Shown: piece by piece, positions 42,498-57,069 of the stretch
Position numbering within the stretch: the stretch's first letter is position 1
Layout of the letters: each line of letters opens with the position of its first letter
Assembly: GCF_009914755.1 (NCBI RefSeq)
Contig: NC_060936.1
From: the human T2T-CHM13v2.0 reference genome, Homo sapiens
Length of the DNA stretch: 64,000 bases
Reading direction: 5' to 3' (one strand)
Notes under the pieces: generated by a model
Databases searched by the model: none
What the model saw: the letters and a program-made list of their open reading frames with translations, nothing else
What the model was told of the DNA's origin: nothing
Made by a program: the position numbers and the translations under genes

Positions 42498-43064
42498 CCT
42501 GAAGCCAAAGACAGATAAGAGAATAATAAGAAAGCATCTAATTGCTTTAATCAATTCAATACTTCTGGCTGAGACAAAGTTACTACATACCTTGCAAATG
42601 TGCTTGAAAACTCGATTTCAGTAATCTTTTAGAAATCATGAGGTTTTTCAAGTAGGTTATGCTGCCCAACTGTTATTCCTGAGTCAAACCCAGAAATATT
42701 TCCTACTATGGATGTGAATAAACCAGAGTGCTTTCAAAAGGTAAAGCAGTAAATCACCTCATCCATCTAGTAAGAACAAGGGCTGTATGCCTCAGAAGTG
42801 AGACCTAGAGAGAGGTTCAGTACAATCCAAGTGCTGGAGTCAGTCCATACAAGTTGCCCAGGGGATAGTCAACATCATCCACATTTCACAGAAGATGGGA
42901 AAGGGACCTCAGAACCTGGGGTCATTTATTTGAGCTAGACTTGCCACACCCCTCTTTTAGGAAACCCTCAGAGAGATAACTTTCTTATACATCCCATGAG
43001 CCTTTTAGAAAACCATTTTCATGACAGGGAAGCCATAGGACAATCTTTTGTCTTCTAGACAAAT

Positions 43065-43381
43065 CAGTTTCCAATAGAAATATTATGCAGTCCACAAAGG
43101 CAAGCTGCATATGTAATTTGAAGTCTAGTGGCCAAATTTTAAAAGGTTAAAAGAAATAAGTACAATTAATTCAATTTTGCTTATTTCTGATATATTAAAA
43201 TATTATCATCTCAAATGTAACCAATATAAAACATTATTGAGATACATTTTATTTTTTGTTGGTACTAAGTCTTCGAAATTCAGTGTGTGTTTTAAACTTG
43301 GTACATCTCAATTCTAACTAGTAACATTTCAAGGGCTCAGTAGCCGCAAATGGCTAGTGGCTACCGTACTGGACAGCATAG
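43065..43381. mobile_element. MER33/MER3-like hAT-Charlie MITE
   Basis: TCCAATAGAAATATTATGCAG...CATTTCAAGGGCTCAGTAGCCGCAAATGGCTAGTGGCTACCGTACTGGACAGCATAG. Confidence 0.72.
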
Positions 43382-43700
43382 CTGGAGTCTAAGGTCACAG
43401 ATAAGAGGTCCTCAAAATATTGTTTTTCTTTTTCAGGATGACCTGAAGACTTAGCAAGATTGTTCTTGCCCATGTAAAGGGGCAAAGCTGTGATTCCTTA
43501 CGAAGCCCAGTTTCTGATTTCTCAGCTCCTTTCCATCCCATGTCACATACATGTTCCTTCCTTTTGGTCAACTTCATAATGCTAAAGGGGCCAATTCAAC
43601 ATATTTTCTAGACCTTTCTTCATAAACAAATCTGGCTTAGAAAGAGCATGAGGGCAAGACATATCTGAGTTCAAATCCCATCTTTATTACTTATGACTAC

Positions 43701-44095
43701 TGCAGAGACTTCTAGTTGTTCCTAATATCTGTCCTCCCCTTCTGTAGTCATAGAAAACTTGGCACAAAACCACTTAGAAAAAGAATGACTACACTGTCAG
43801 CCTAATTTGCAGCTAGATATGTTCACATGCCTAAGTTCTGGCCAATAGGATGTGAGCAGAAGTGTCATGGGGAAGCTTCTGGGAGCCTTCCTAAAGAGCA
43901 GCATATGTGTCCTGTTTTACTTCTTTCTTCTTTCTGCTTGGAACATAGATGCTACCACCTTGGACCAGAAAGTCAAGGCCATGCATGCCTCAAAACACCA
44001 TATCAGCTCACAGACTTTTACACAGGAGAAGTAAACTTCTATCTGTGCCACCGTAATGTTGGATCTTCTGTCACTTATAGCAAGCACTCTAATAT
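43701..44095 (+). mobile_element. MLT1-type LTR inserted into a MIR
   Basis: GCAGCTAGATATGTTCACATGCCTAAGTTCTGGCCAATAGGATGTGAGCAGAAGTG. MIR halves flank it (GAGTTCAAATCCCA...; TGACCTTGAGTAAAGATTTAACCTCT). Confidence 0.6.
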
Positions 44096-44919
44096 AATGA
44101 CCTTGAGTAAAGATTTAACCTCTAAGGTTATAAGAATCAAAGGTGAAAGTGACTATTCTAATGCCTTGTACAAGTAAGCACTTCATATTGTTAGAATTTT
44201 TTTAAGTATATTAAAATCCACTAAACTCCATGAGTTTCTAAATAAACTTGTTTGTTCCTCCTCTAGCTCAGCTTTCTGGCTTGTTTCAGAACTACCGGTA
44301 GACGATACAAATATCTTCATCACATTTGCATCTCTCCCCAGAAAATTGCCTGACTGCCAGTATAGTCATGTTCATGAATGCCTGATGGCTCAGAAAAGCC
44401 TCTGCTAGAACACCTCAGATAAATATTTAGAAAGGCATTAGGAGAACACTTGGCAGTGCTATTCCAGAATTTCTAAAGCAACTAGATACTGGGATCAGGA
44501 GGCCTTCCTCGCTATGTCACACTTCTCAACCAGGCAGATCTATTTACCGTATTTTTTTTTTAATAGGAAAAAAATGAAATAATTCTTTTCACAGATTTCT
44601 CACTTTCCAGAAGAGTGAGAAGCAGGAAGTGAAAAAGTACAGGAAATACTCAATGTTTTATCAGTTGTTTTCAAGTTCTTTTTTTGTAGTGGAACAATAT
44701 GTGAAAATTTTCAAGGAATTTCATGTTTTAAAACAAGAGTTTAAATCTATGTAGTGGTATCAGAAGGCATCTATTGCCAGAATGCCGTAATTAAAGGTCC
44801 CTGCCAACACAGTTTTGAAGATTGCCAGTGTGCTCAATGTGTATACATTTTTGTGTGTGTTGTCATTTATTATGCTTTAAAAGAATAGTTAAAAATGAAA
44901 AAGGTTGGGAGTATGTTAA

Positions 44920-45950
44920 AAAGACAGAGGAGTTACCCCAAAAAAGCTTCCAAAATAAACAATAGTATTGGGTTATAATTCAAAGAAAAAAATAAATATT
45001 TACGAGTCCATACTGATATAAATACATGACTGAATAAGTAAATCGGGTGTAAGAGACAAATCTTTCTTCTACGAAATTGCAAATAGTATATAGACAGACA
45101 CTCCTGCTCCAGGATGTAGAGCTTAGTTCCTCTCCCCTTCAGTAGGGGCTTAGTGACTTGCTTTCAAAGTATGGAAAGGAAAATAAGTATGAAAAGAAAA
45201 AAAATAGCAACTTTACAGTGGAGAAACCTGGAAGACACCACCTTAATCAAGTCATCAAGGTCAGTTTTATTAGTGATACGTCGTGTTAATATTATGCATG
45301 CTGTCATATGACATAATGAAAATGGAACTTCACCTCTGTGGAATTCTTCCCCAAATCCACAATCTTAAACTAATTATGAGAAGACATCAGACACACCTAA
45401 ATTGAGAAACATTCTACAAACTACCTGACTAATACTCTTCGAAAGACATGGAGACTGGGCGTGGCAGCTCACACCTATAATCCCAGCACTTTGGGAGGCT
45501 AAGGTGAAGTGGGTGGATTACCTGAGGTCAGGAGTCCAAGAACAGCCTGGCCAACATGGTGAAACCTCATCTCTACTAAAAACACAAAAATTAGCTGGGA
45601 GTGGTGGCATGCACCTGTAGTCCCAGCTACTCAGGAGGCTGAAGCAGGAGAATCCCTTGAACCTAGGAGGCGGAGGTTGCAGTGAGCCAAGATCGCACCA
45701 CTGCATTCCAGCCGGGGTAACTGAGTGAGACTCCGTCTCAAAAAAAGAAAACAAAAAAGACGTGGAAAGACTGAGGCAGATAAGAGGAGACTAAGAAGAC
45801 ACAATGATTAAATGTCATGTGGGATCCTGGACTTGATCCTGTAACAGAGAAAGAATATTAGTGGAAAAACTGGTGAAACAGAATAATGTCTGTAGTTAAT
45901 AGTTTTGACAAATGTACTATGGTTATGTAAGATGTTAACATGAGGAGAAA
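44920..45950 (+). mobile_element. L1MC-type 3' region, interrupted by an Alu
   Basis: GAGTCCATACTGATATAAAT, CAGTGGAGAAACCTGG..ACACCACCTTAATCAAGT, GGGATCCTGGA...GACAAATGTACTATGGTTATGTAAGATGTTAACAT. Confidence 0.7.
45453..45758 (+). mobile_element. Alu (AluSx-like)
   Basis: Full dimer; TSD AAAGAC(A/G)TGGA. Confidence 0.93.
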
Positions 45951-46294
45951 GTAAAATGAACATTTGTAGAAAGCCTATTGGGTGCCTGACATTATACTAA
46001 ATTGTAAATGTGTATATATTATACATATGTGTATGGCATATGTAATCTTCATATTACACATAGCTCACCCAAGGACTATTAAATAAAAAAAAAAATGGTT
46101 GTCCCCAGAGAGTTAAACTATAAAAATAAATGACAGCAGATACAATAAAAATTACCTTTAAATGATGGCTAACATTTATATAATGCTTAATGTATATCAG
46201 GCACTATTCTAAAAAATTTACACTTATATATCAAATCATTTAATTTTTCTGAAATCCTATGAGGTAGGTACTGTTATCATTCACATTTTTCTGA

Positions 46295-46604
<310 letters not shown>

Positions 46605-47649
46605 TGAATAATTATAAATTCAAGCAAAGTTGCAAGGAAATATACAGTGAAGTCCCAAGCACACTTCTCCCCATTCAATGTTAACATTTACACAACTATT
46701 ATATAATACCAAAACCAAGATATTAATATTGGTGCAACCCACAGAGCTTATTCAGACTTCACCTTTTATACATGCACTTATTTCTGTACATATATCTAGC
46801 TCTATATATTATTTCCATTTTACAGAAGATGAAACTGGGGCTTAGAAAGGCTTAGAAATAAGGGTCACTGAATTTGTCCATGGTGAAGATATTCTTTAAA
46901 TCTGGGCAATTTGGTACCAGAGTCCATACTCTCAATTATGAATCTCTACTGTAGCACATTGCAATAACTTGAATGCTTATATCAGCATATCTAAAGAAGG
47001 ATTGTAACCACCAATATGTGCACAACTTTATGTGTGTAAAGTCGTCCTTTCAAAAGGACAGAGCAACTGTGCCCACCCTATAATTGTATAGGGGCAAACA
47101 TTTGGGGCCAATGGACTTCAAATTTTGTAGTACAGCCATGATAAAAAGCAATCTAATAATTAAAAAAGAGTATCTCTAGATATTCTACCTGAAGAATGTA
47201 TCTCAGGAACAACAAATAGCCCCTGTTTTTATCCATGACCACGGAGCAATGTTTTAGCCATCCACTTTCTTCTAGTGTCTCATACAACAATGGGGTCCTC
47301 AAAAACTATTATGTAAACTCAACTGCAAGTTTCTTGAGGACAGAGATGGCATCAGTTCTGTCCATGCTGCCTTTTGTTGAATGAGTGAATGAATGAATGA
47401 ATTGATTAAAAGTGTTGTCAGCGACACCCCTCCCTACTACATTTACCTATAATGCTGAAAATGTTTGAGTGCTTTTCACTTTTTTATTAAATCCAATCAA
47501 TCTTTATATCCTAAGGAGTCTCTCACAAGTTTTTCATCGTTTCATATATTTTATTTATGTTTTCCCTCCAGCAAATCCACCATCTTATAGTGTTAACATT
47601 GGACATGGTACTAATGTAGTTCTACCCACGTAATAGTGAAATACACTAG

Positions 47650-49400
47650 CACCCATGTGCTCTGCTTCCCTTCCTCTTGCAACCAGATTCCCGCTCCTGA
47701 GGCCAAGCCTGCCTTCTGTGCTCTTGATTTCAACCTGTCATTTTTAACAAGGATCTTATTTCATAAATTATTTCGTTTTTCTTTCACTTTCTCCCTCATG
47801 GCTAGTTTATTTCCATCTGCATACAAATATGCCTTAATATCATCCCAAGTTAAAATTAATGAATAAAACAAATCCTTTGATTCAATCTTTCTCTGCAGAT
47901 TCAGGACAAAATTTTTGAACTTATTTATGTTACCTGTCTCCTTTTGCACCTTGTAATCACTCCTGTATCCACTATGATCAGACTTTTGTGAATACCACTC
48001 TACTGAAATGGCTTTTATTAGGTCACTAGATAATTCCATCTTGGAAAACTTCTGCAGGTCAACTTTCCACCCATCATTTGATTTGATCTCTTACCTAGTC
48101 TTTCTTTGTTGAAACATTTTCTTTTTCTTCTCTAGGCTTCCTTCATATCATAGGCTCCTGGCTTTATCCTATCATAATAGTTTCTTTTTTCCAGTCTCCT
48201 TTGTTCCTCAGTCCTCTTTTCTTCTTTAGTGATCTCATCCATGCCCATGGTTTTGGATACTTGCCATATGCTTATGACTCCCAGGTACATCCAGTTCTGA
48301 CCTTTGTCCTGAATTCCAGACTCATATATCCAATTATCTAGTCAACATCTCATCTTGAATATTTAACAGACACCTCAAACTTAACATTTCCAAAATGGAA
48401 CTCCTGATCCTTGGCCTCTCTTCCTTCCCACTCCCTCTGCCCAAATGTGCTCCTCCTTCTTATCTCAGTAAATGGCCCCATCATGCACCCAGTCCAGAAA
48501 AAGTGGTAACCACCTTTGATCTTGTTCTCCTCATATATCTTATTCAATCCATAAACAAGACCTGTCTATGCTACCTCCAATATAGCCCATAGATTACCAC
48601 CATTTATCCATTCCACCGAGGAACTCTGGACCAAGTCTCTCTTCTCTCCCACTCAGACCACTGCAACAGTCTCCCAACTGGTCTCAGGGCTCCCTTTCTT
48701 GCCCCACCTACCCATGTCTATTTTCCACTTAGGACCCATGGTGGTCTTTACAAAGCATGCACTATATCACCTATAGTATATATGATAAGTCTTATTATAT
48801 CATCTTGTGATTTTACTAACTTTCTTTGCAATTAGAATAAAATCCAAGCTCCTTTCCATGGTCCATGAGACCTATAGTATTAGGCTCCTGCCTACGTCTG
48901 TAATTGCATTTCTTACCACTCTTTCCTTGGACTGCATATTTCTCCTTTCCATATATAGTTGCCTCTGCCTAGAATATTTTCCCTCTGGCTTCACTGACAG
49001 AATAACATCTACTTATTTTCTCAAGTCTGAACTCTGTGAAGCTTTCTCATAAACCCTTCTTGCTAGACACACTCAGTTGCTCAATAATTGTTCTTCATTG
49101 GTCTAAACTTGATTTCACCTCAGGGCTTTTTCATTTTCTGTTCCTTTTGCCTGAAAGGCTCTTGACCCCTCACAAATTCTTACGAATGCTCCATTTTCAT
49201 TATTTTTCTCAACTCAGATGTCACTTTCTCAGAGTCCTTCTATGACCACCTGAGGTGAAGTAGTTGCAACATATCCTCCAATGTCCTCTACCCCTTTCCC
49301 TCGTTTTATTATCTTTATGTCACTTAGCATTATCTGCAATTATTTTATTCATTTATCTACATAGTTTTGTTTCTGTGTACCCCAGGTAAGATTTAATCTC
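47650..49400 (+). mobile_element. Long degenerate L2
   Basis: CACTCTACTGAAATGGCT, GTCCTGAATTCCAGACTCATATATCCAA, CACCTCAAACTTAACATTTCCAAAATGGAACTCCTGATC, CACCTCAGGGCTTTT. Confidence 0.72.
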
Positions 49401-49849
49401 TGGTATATGTAGACACATGATAAAGGGTTTCATGGATAAAATTTAAAGAAAATTTACGATGTATCAGTTACTGTGCTACATGATAGGAAATAACACTGAA
49501 TAAGGTATTAGCCCCTACTCATGACCTTTCAGACTAGTTGAGAAGAAAGGTATTCCAACAAAAAAAGATATTGCAACCCAAAACAATCATAATATAAAAT
49601 GATAAATGATATTGAAATATACACTATGCAACTAGTTATGGATCTCAGAGGAAGGAATAAATAATTCATTGTACCCCCCGAGAAGGTTGACTGAAAGATT
49701 TAACAGAAGTGCTATATGAACTGAGTCCTGAAAAACGAGCAAGAGCTGCCTTTTAATAGAGATAGGAAAAGTGAATTTCAGGCAGTTGAACTAGCATTCA
49801 AAAAAGCATGGAGAAAAAAATATTTTTTTTAAAAAAGAACATAGGTGTC

Positions 49850-51590
49850 TATAGATCAATGCCATCTAAATCATAATCCCAGCAGGGTTTTTTTCCTTTG
49901 GTAGAAATTGACAAGCTGATTCTAAAATTATATGAAATTATATGAAAATACAAAAGATCTTGAAGCAGAGTAAACTTGAAAAATAAATTGAAGCATTTAT
50001 ACTGCATGATTTCGAGACTTACTATAAAGCTACAATAATCAATAAATTATGGTCCTGGCATAAATATGAACAAATAGATCAATGGGATGAAATTGAAAGC
50101 CCAGAAATAGATCTATGTATAGAGAATCATTTTAAAAAATGACCAAAGCAATACTATGGGAATACATTTTTCTCAACCAACTTTTGAAATAACTATCAAT
50201 ATAGCAAAAATGAATCTCAACCTCTACCTCACACTGTACACAAAAACTAAATTAAGTTGGGTTATAGTTCTAAACATGAAAGCAAAAACCATAAAGCTTT
50301 CAAAGGAAAACAGGAGAATATCTTTGTGCCTTAGAAACAGCTTTCTTAGACATGATATGGAAAGCAATAACCCAAAAATAAAAATTGGATAAACTAGACT
50401 TTATGAAGTTAAAAACCTTCAATTATTAAAAAAAATCATCATTAGGAAAATAAGTAGGCAAGTCACAGACTGGGGAAAATGTTTTTAAAATTCTTTGACA
50501 AAGGACTGGTAACCAGGATTATAAAGAAATCCTACAACTCAATAATAAAAAGGCAAATATTCGAACAGACACATCATGAAAGGAAGTATACAAATACATA
50601 ATAAATGTATATGAGAAAAAGCTCAACATTGTCAGTTTCCAGGGAAATGCAAATTAAAAAACGAGAGGCCCCCACATACCTATCAGAATGGCTAAAATTA
50701 AAAAGACTAACAACATCGAATGTTGAAGGGTATGTGGAGCAACTGGAACTCTCATACATTGGTAGAGAAGTGTAAAATAGTACAACCACTTTGAGAAGAG
50801 GTTTGGTTATTACTTAGAAAGTTAAACATAAACCTATCATATGACCCAGCAATTTCACTAGTATTTACCCCAAGAGAATGAAAACATATGTCCAAATAAA
50901 GATGTGTACAAGAATGTTCACAATAGCTTTATTTGTGATAGCCAAACACTGGGAACAGCTTAAGTATCCGTCAACAGGAGAATGGATAATCAAACTGTGA
51001 TATATTCATACAAAGGAATACAACTCAGCAATTAGAAAGGAATGAACTGATACACTCAACTGTACTCAAAAACACTATGCTAGGTGAGAGAAGAGTGCAT
51101 GCTGTGTGATTCCTTTTACGTGAGACTAATCTCATCTCTGGGAAAAAAATTTGAACAGTGGTTACCTCTGGAAGACAGACTGGGTTTGACTGGGAAAGGC
51201 TATGAAGAAAATCGTGGAAGTATGGTAAAGTTCTGTATCTCAACACGAGTTTTAATCACACAGCTGTGTATATTTGTCAAAATTCAGTGAATGGTACACT
51301 TAGGATTTATGCATTTTACTGTATGTAAATTTTTACTACAAAAAAGAAGATAAAAGGCCATAAATAGATATTGATCTCTAGTTAAATATATGCATGCTGA
51401 AGTGTTTAGGGGAAAGACCATTGGTGACTGCAATTTACTTTGATAGAAGAATAGATAGAAGGGTAGATATATGATAAAGTAAATACAGTAAAATAAAAAA
51501 ATCTAGGTAGTGGACACTTGGATGCTCACTGTAACATTATTTAAAACATTGTTTGAAAATATTCAAAATAAAATGTTGGGGAAAATAGCA
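49850..51590 (+). mobile_element. Old L1 (L1M) ORF2 C-terminal remnant and 3'UTR
   Basis: GTAGAAATTGACAAGCTGATTCTAAAATT and ACTTACTATAAAGCTACAATAATCAA; ORF 50156-50392 contains LNLYLTLYTKTKLSWVIVLN, resembling L1 ORF2 [20 protein letters not shown]; multiple stops. Confidence 0.85.
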
Positions 51591-53041
51591 TGGAGACGTG
51601 AAGGATGTGGGGAATCTCAGGTGGTGTTCAGTGGCTGGAACATGAGGTAGTTTGGCAAAAGATGAAGTGGGAAAGGCAATCAGAACTCTGATTGTGAAGG
51701 GCGTTTCATGTCATGCTTAGGAATTTATATTTTATCCTGTGCAGCAATATTGCTCAACTCTTTCTACTCTCATTGTTACCATCTTCAGTCATACCCTCAT
51801 TAACCTTCATCTGGGCTTTTACAATGTATTTATTTTATCAAATTGGATTGAACTGAATAAGATACAAAGGATGCACTTATATTTCCTGTGAGTTTACATA
51901 ATTTTTCCTGCTTTAATGTCAGGCAACTTTGAGATTTTTTTGCATGTAAATAGAAATTACTGTTTGAATGCATTTCCAATGGAGGGTAGCTTCCAAATTG
52001 CATCTTTGTTTCTAGGCCTTAGGGCCTTACTTTGAATGTATCCCCAAATAAACAAGGAGCAGACTTCACATGTAAGTTTTACAAATAGGCAATGAGCAAT
52101 GAATTCACTTTATGTTTCTCAGTATAAAATATTTAAGCAAATGTTGAATACAAAAGACTGTAAAAACACTAGGGGGTTGCAGAAAGTACCTAATTATAAA
52201 TGATAACCCTTGCCTCCAAGGTTTTGACAGTCAAAATACCTACATTTTATGAAACACAAATAGAATTCTTTGAAATTTATGCTTTGTTAGCTGTAAAGAC
52301 ATGTATTTGCTAGATTCTGTGGGTTTCCCTCCTCTCATTTTTCTATTCCCATTTGATAATGAGATAACTATTTGCAAAGGTGTAATGGTAGATGATATCA
52401 TAGGTTTGGCCACATTAAGTGTTTACCATCTATGGAGATAAAGCAAAAGGACTGAGCAAGCCTTCTATTTCCCAACAGTTCCCTCCAAACTGCAAACTGA
52501 CTTCCGCAAGAAGCTTTTAAGAAAATAATTCTTAAAACACAGTATTAATTATGTTCCAGACCATTTCTCCCTTTAAAGAAAATTTGGCTTTCCATTTATT
52601 TTATTTTTTTATTTTTCTTTCTTTCTTCTTGTAGCATCTTTTCTGATTTGGGTGATTTTTAAAGTATGGGTATCCCTCAGGAGATTTACTTTTCCAAATC
52701 TACTGAGTAAAACATCTATCTGTTCAAGAGAATCTAGTCCATTTTTATTAAATTTTATATTCCCAGAGTTTTGCCTAGTGCCTGACATGAAATATATCTA
52801 GAAAACAAATATAATTTGAATAAATAAATTAATGAGTAAACAACAGCCAGACTACCCAAGTACTAGACGATACAACTAATGGTTATAAATCTAAATATTA
52901 AGCTAACATATACTCCCCTCTTAGAACTAAATCACAAAGCATTAGACACCCATGCATGTTATCAAATAACCCTTCAGTAAATTACAGGATACACGTTGTA
53001 TTTTGTCTACAAAATCATTAACACAAAAATTAGTTGTTTTA

Positions 53042-53338
53042 GCCGGGCGCGGTGGCTCAAGCCTGTAATCCCAGCACTTTGGGAGGCCGAGGCGGGCGGA
53101 TCACGAGGTCAGGAGATCGAGACCATCCTGGCTAACACGGTGAAACCCCGTCTCTACTAAAAACACACAAAAAATGAGCCGGGCGCGGTGGCAGGCGCCT
53201 GTAGTCCCAGCTATTCAGGAGGCTGAGGCAGGAGAATGGTGTGAACCCGGGAGGCGGAGCTTGCAGTGAGCTGAGATCGCGCAACTGCACTCTAGCCTGG
53301 GCGACAGAGCGAGACTCCGTCTCAAAAAAAAAAAAAAA
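53042..53338 (+). mobile_element. AluY (CpG-rich, relatively young)
   Basis: Near-consensus AluY retaining many CpGs; perfect 17-bp TSD AAAAATTAGTTGTTTTA (53025-53041 / 53334-53350). Confidence 0.96.
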
Positions 53339-54170
53339 TTAGTTGTTTTATACTAGCTTTGGTGGGAAATGGAAAGCATGATGGATGCCTTAGTTACTCC
53401 ATAATGGAAAGCATGATGACTTAGTATACTCAATAATTCTATTAATAGACTGTTTCTATTAGCATGTATTTGGTAACTAGAAAATCTCTATTGACACGTG
53501 TTTCTGAGACTGATGTACAACAATAATAGATATTAATTAACAATGAATTTAAAACCAGAGTTGAGCCCCAGGCAAAAATCTGAAGCTTATAAATTTTGTA
53601 TTTAGAGTGTCTTCCCAGCTCTCCTCCACTTCACAGAATAATGTATCCTCCAGGCTTGTAGCAGATGCTGATTCCTAATCAACAACCAACTTTTTTGCTT
53701 CTTCTCTACTAACATAACTCTAGTTTTGTTTAGGTATCCATTCTCCTCCACTGGGCTAGGGGCTTCAAGGGATATTGGCTCCACTAATTTAGCACTAGGA
53801 GCTAAATTCTTGTTGGGTCTTGAGGCAATCACGACATTCTTAGTCCCTGACCAGAGATTGGCTTAGGTGCCTCTTTGTGACATAACTCTTATGAGAAGAA
53901 AGCTTGCTGGGGGCTTTGGGGACGGGTTTAGCCATCCTTTGTGACACAAAGAAAGACAATGCCATCCTCTTCTGGATATTGTTGTGTTGCATCTGAAGTT
54001 GACACCTGGAATTGTTACAGTCTCCCTGCTGCAAAGCTGAAGATAAAGCCAGCATACAGAGAAGGCAAAGGCAAGAGATTATAGAGAAGTGGACCTAGAC
54101 TCTATGCGTTTGTAACCTGCCTTACTTCTGTGTAACCCTATTTTAACCGAAGTTTCTGTTACTTGTTGCT

Positions 54171-54524
54171 TGATGTGGTTTGGCTGCGTTCCCACCCAAA
54201 TCTCAGTTTGAATTGTATCTCCCAGAATTCCCATGTGTTGTGGGAGGGACCCAGGGGGAGGTAATTGAATCATGGGGGCCGGTCTTTCCTATGCTATTCT
54301 TGTCATAGTGAATAAGTCTCATGAGGTCTGATGGGTTTATCAGGGGTTTCCACTTTTCCTTCTTCCTCATTTTCTCTTCCCACCACCCTGTAAGAAGTGC
54401 CTTCAACCTCCCGCCGTGATTCTGAGGCATCCCCAACAATGTAGAGCTGTAAGTCCAATTAAATCTCTTTTTCTTCCCAGTTTCAGGTATATGTTTATGA
54501 GCAGCATGAAAATGGACTAATACA
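54171..54524 (+). mobile_element. THE1 solo LTR (THE1A-like), inserted at the end of an older MLT1-like LTR (~53670-54170)
   Basis: TGATGTGGTTTGGCTGCGTTCCCACCCAAATCTC...AATGGACTAATACA, 354 bp; TSD TTGCT / CTGCT (4 of 5 match). Confidence 0.9.
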
Positions 54525-57069
54525 CTGCTAAAAGTATATAAATAATGTTACGTGGATTTTATCAACTCTAAATCTTGGACAGTTGACCATCTGTGAATGG
54601 CAGATATAGGAATATAATTAACTGGAATCTTTAAATTTTATTTTCAACCTGGTCTGGAAGATAAGAATTTAATGTGTGTGTGTTAAATAATTAACATAAA
54701 ACCCCTCCCTAAAGTCTTTTTTATTAGGGTTAAAAATATATGAAATACAGTTATATTAGAAAGGAAGGAAAATTATTTTCCTAACCAAAATGAATAGTAT
54801 GGTGTCTTGTGTACCCCACAAAGAACTAATTGCTAACAGTAAAGCTTGTTTGACAGTCTGTGATTATTTACTTTCTACGAGGCTTGAAAACCTAAAGGAC
54901 TACATTGAAATAGGGGCTAGCCAACACCATGATCACATGATGGGCTTTCAAACATAATTGGCGCCACTTAATAGGATGGTGGTTAATATTGCTGTCTGAG
55001 TAAGGAGAGCATGTGACTGAGGATCAATTTCACATCATCATGACTAAAGATTTCTTCTTTCAAATCATATTCTTTGGGGGATACTTTGAAAACCTCAGGT
55101 CAAGTGACAGAGAAGCAGAGAAATGCTTTTATGAGCACTTATGATGAAAGGAGCTATTTTAAAGGCTAAGACAAAAAAATAAAAGCTGATCCTTTCTGTA
55201 TAGGACATTCCAGGCATTTCCTATGAGTGAAGGCAAATGGGAAAACACCTTTCTCAGATCCACTCATGGTAGCTCTATTATTCCACCAGATATAAAGCAC
55301 CATGAGAAAGCAATTATGAATTATTGTGCCCAATACCTACCCTGGTTACTGGTACAGAGGATGTATACAATAGTTATTTACTGGATATCCATGCAGTTGA
55401 AAGGCTGAAATGAAAGGGTCAATTTTCCTTTAACAGTAGCCATTCCCACGACCCCCAAAAGAGTTTCTTTATTCATTTGCCCTTGTGGTTTTTGCCATTT
55501 ACAAAAATTAGAAAAATAATAATAAGAAACAATTACATTTTATTGAGCACTGACTATATGCTAGGTACTATTTGAATACAACAATCAATAAACCAGGGCT
55601 GCTGTTCTTGAAGAATAAAGAGTTACAAAACAATAATCATGACAGGAACAAGTCACTGTGGGATTCCCAAAACAGAAAGCAATTAATTGCCTGGGAGAGC
55701 CAGGTGCATTTCCATTAAGGTGTAACAGCTTTGCGGTCAATGAATATTTATTAAATGACTACTAATGTGCCCATGGTAGGCATTTGACTGGCGAGGAAGA
55801 AATGGGAAGCTTATACAGGCAGAGGAAGGCCGAGTTGGGAGAATGCTCAAAGGCTCAGTATAATTGTAATGTAAGGTATCTCTGGAGTCCATGGGGAGGT
55901 AGGGTGGTGGGTGGAGAGGAGGGATTGGTGGAAAGAGATGAAACTAGAAGCTGGAATGAGCCATTAGGATTTCAAAGAGAGGAACTGGCATGATTAAATC
56001 GTATATCATGTGAAGAATGAATTAGTGGAGGAAGAATGAATTAGAAGCAGAGGAGAGAGGAGGAATCAGTTAGGAGGTCATTTTAATAGCTCCTCAGAGG
56101 GAATAGTGGCTTTCTGAAGTAAAACCATTTCCAGGGGGAAGGAGGAAAATACAGAATCTGGAGACAATTAAAAATAGAATGAAAGCACAATTAGGAGGAC
56201 CAGGTTGGTTATGGAGACAGAAAAGGGGAAGTTAAGGATTATTCCTAGGTTTATGCAGGTAGTATAAAGTCCAAGGAGATCTACAAATGATTTCTTCCAT
56301 AAAACTCCTGTCTTTATGTATATCACTAAATTACTGAAGAAAGAATAGTATTGTGGAATTAATTCATGAATGAATTGCTAATTTATTAATAGTAGTAGAT
56401 AACAGAATCCTAGACATGGTAGGGTACATTGAAGAAAAGATTTCCACCTAGCTCACAAAGTGAATAATTTTAAATAAAACAGTCTCTGAAATTCAGCATA
56501 TATAATTATTATTTATTACTATTACTCTTATAGATGATATTGATAATAAATAGCAAATTAAAAAAAAATCAGCTGTACACAAGAAGCTAGAGGAAACGTG
56601 ACAATATAAGTTGTGCTTGTAAGTCTTCAGTTAGAATTTTCTTTCTTGGTTTTCAACTCTTACCTTGAGTTTTCTGATTTAATCTTCACATAGGCCCAAA
56701 GTCATATCAATGAGCATTACTAGTCAAATTTAAAAAGAAAAGGAAATAGCTAAGTCATCTGTTTTCACTTTTGATGCTGAGTTGGTCTAGACAGGATGAA
56801 TTCATTTCAGCAGAGTTTTAGGCTGGTAGCCATTTTGCCCTTAGAAATGTGATATTTCAATTTAGGATACGCTGCTCTAGTATTTTCATTGTGGAGATGT
56901 CTCTTTGGTCCTTTATAGTTATTTATTTTGTTATTAATAGAAAAAAACAGCAGTATAAATGTATGGTATGTTACAGGCTTAAAGTGCCTTTACATTTCTT
57001 ATTTGACTCATAACAAGTATTTGACATAGATAAGGCTGATAGAATTACGTCTTTTAAAATGAAATTTAA

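Noticed and set aside
50156-51290. ORFs in the L1 region
   Set aside because: Fragments of a dead L1 ORF2 and 3'UTR broken by stops and frameshifts.
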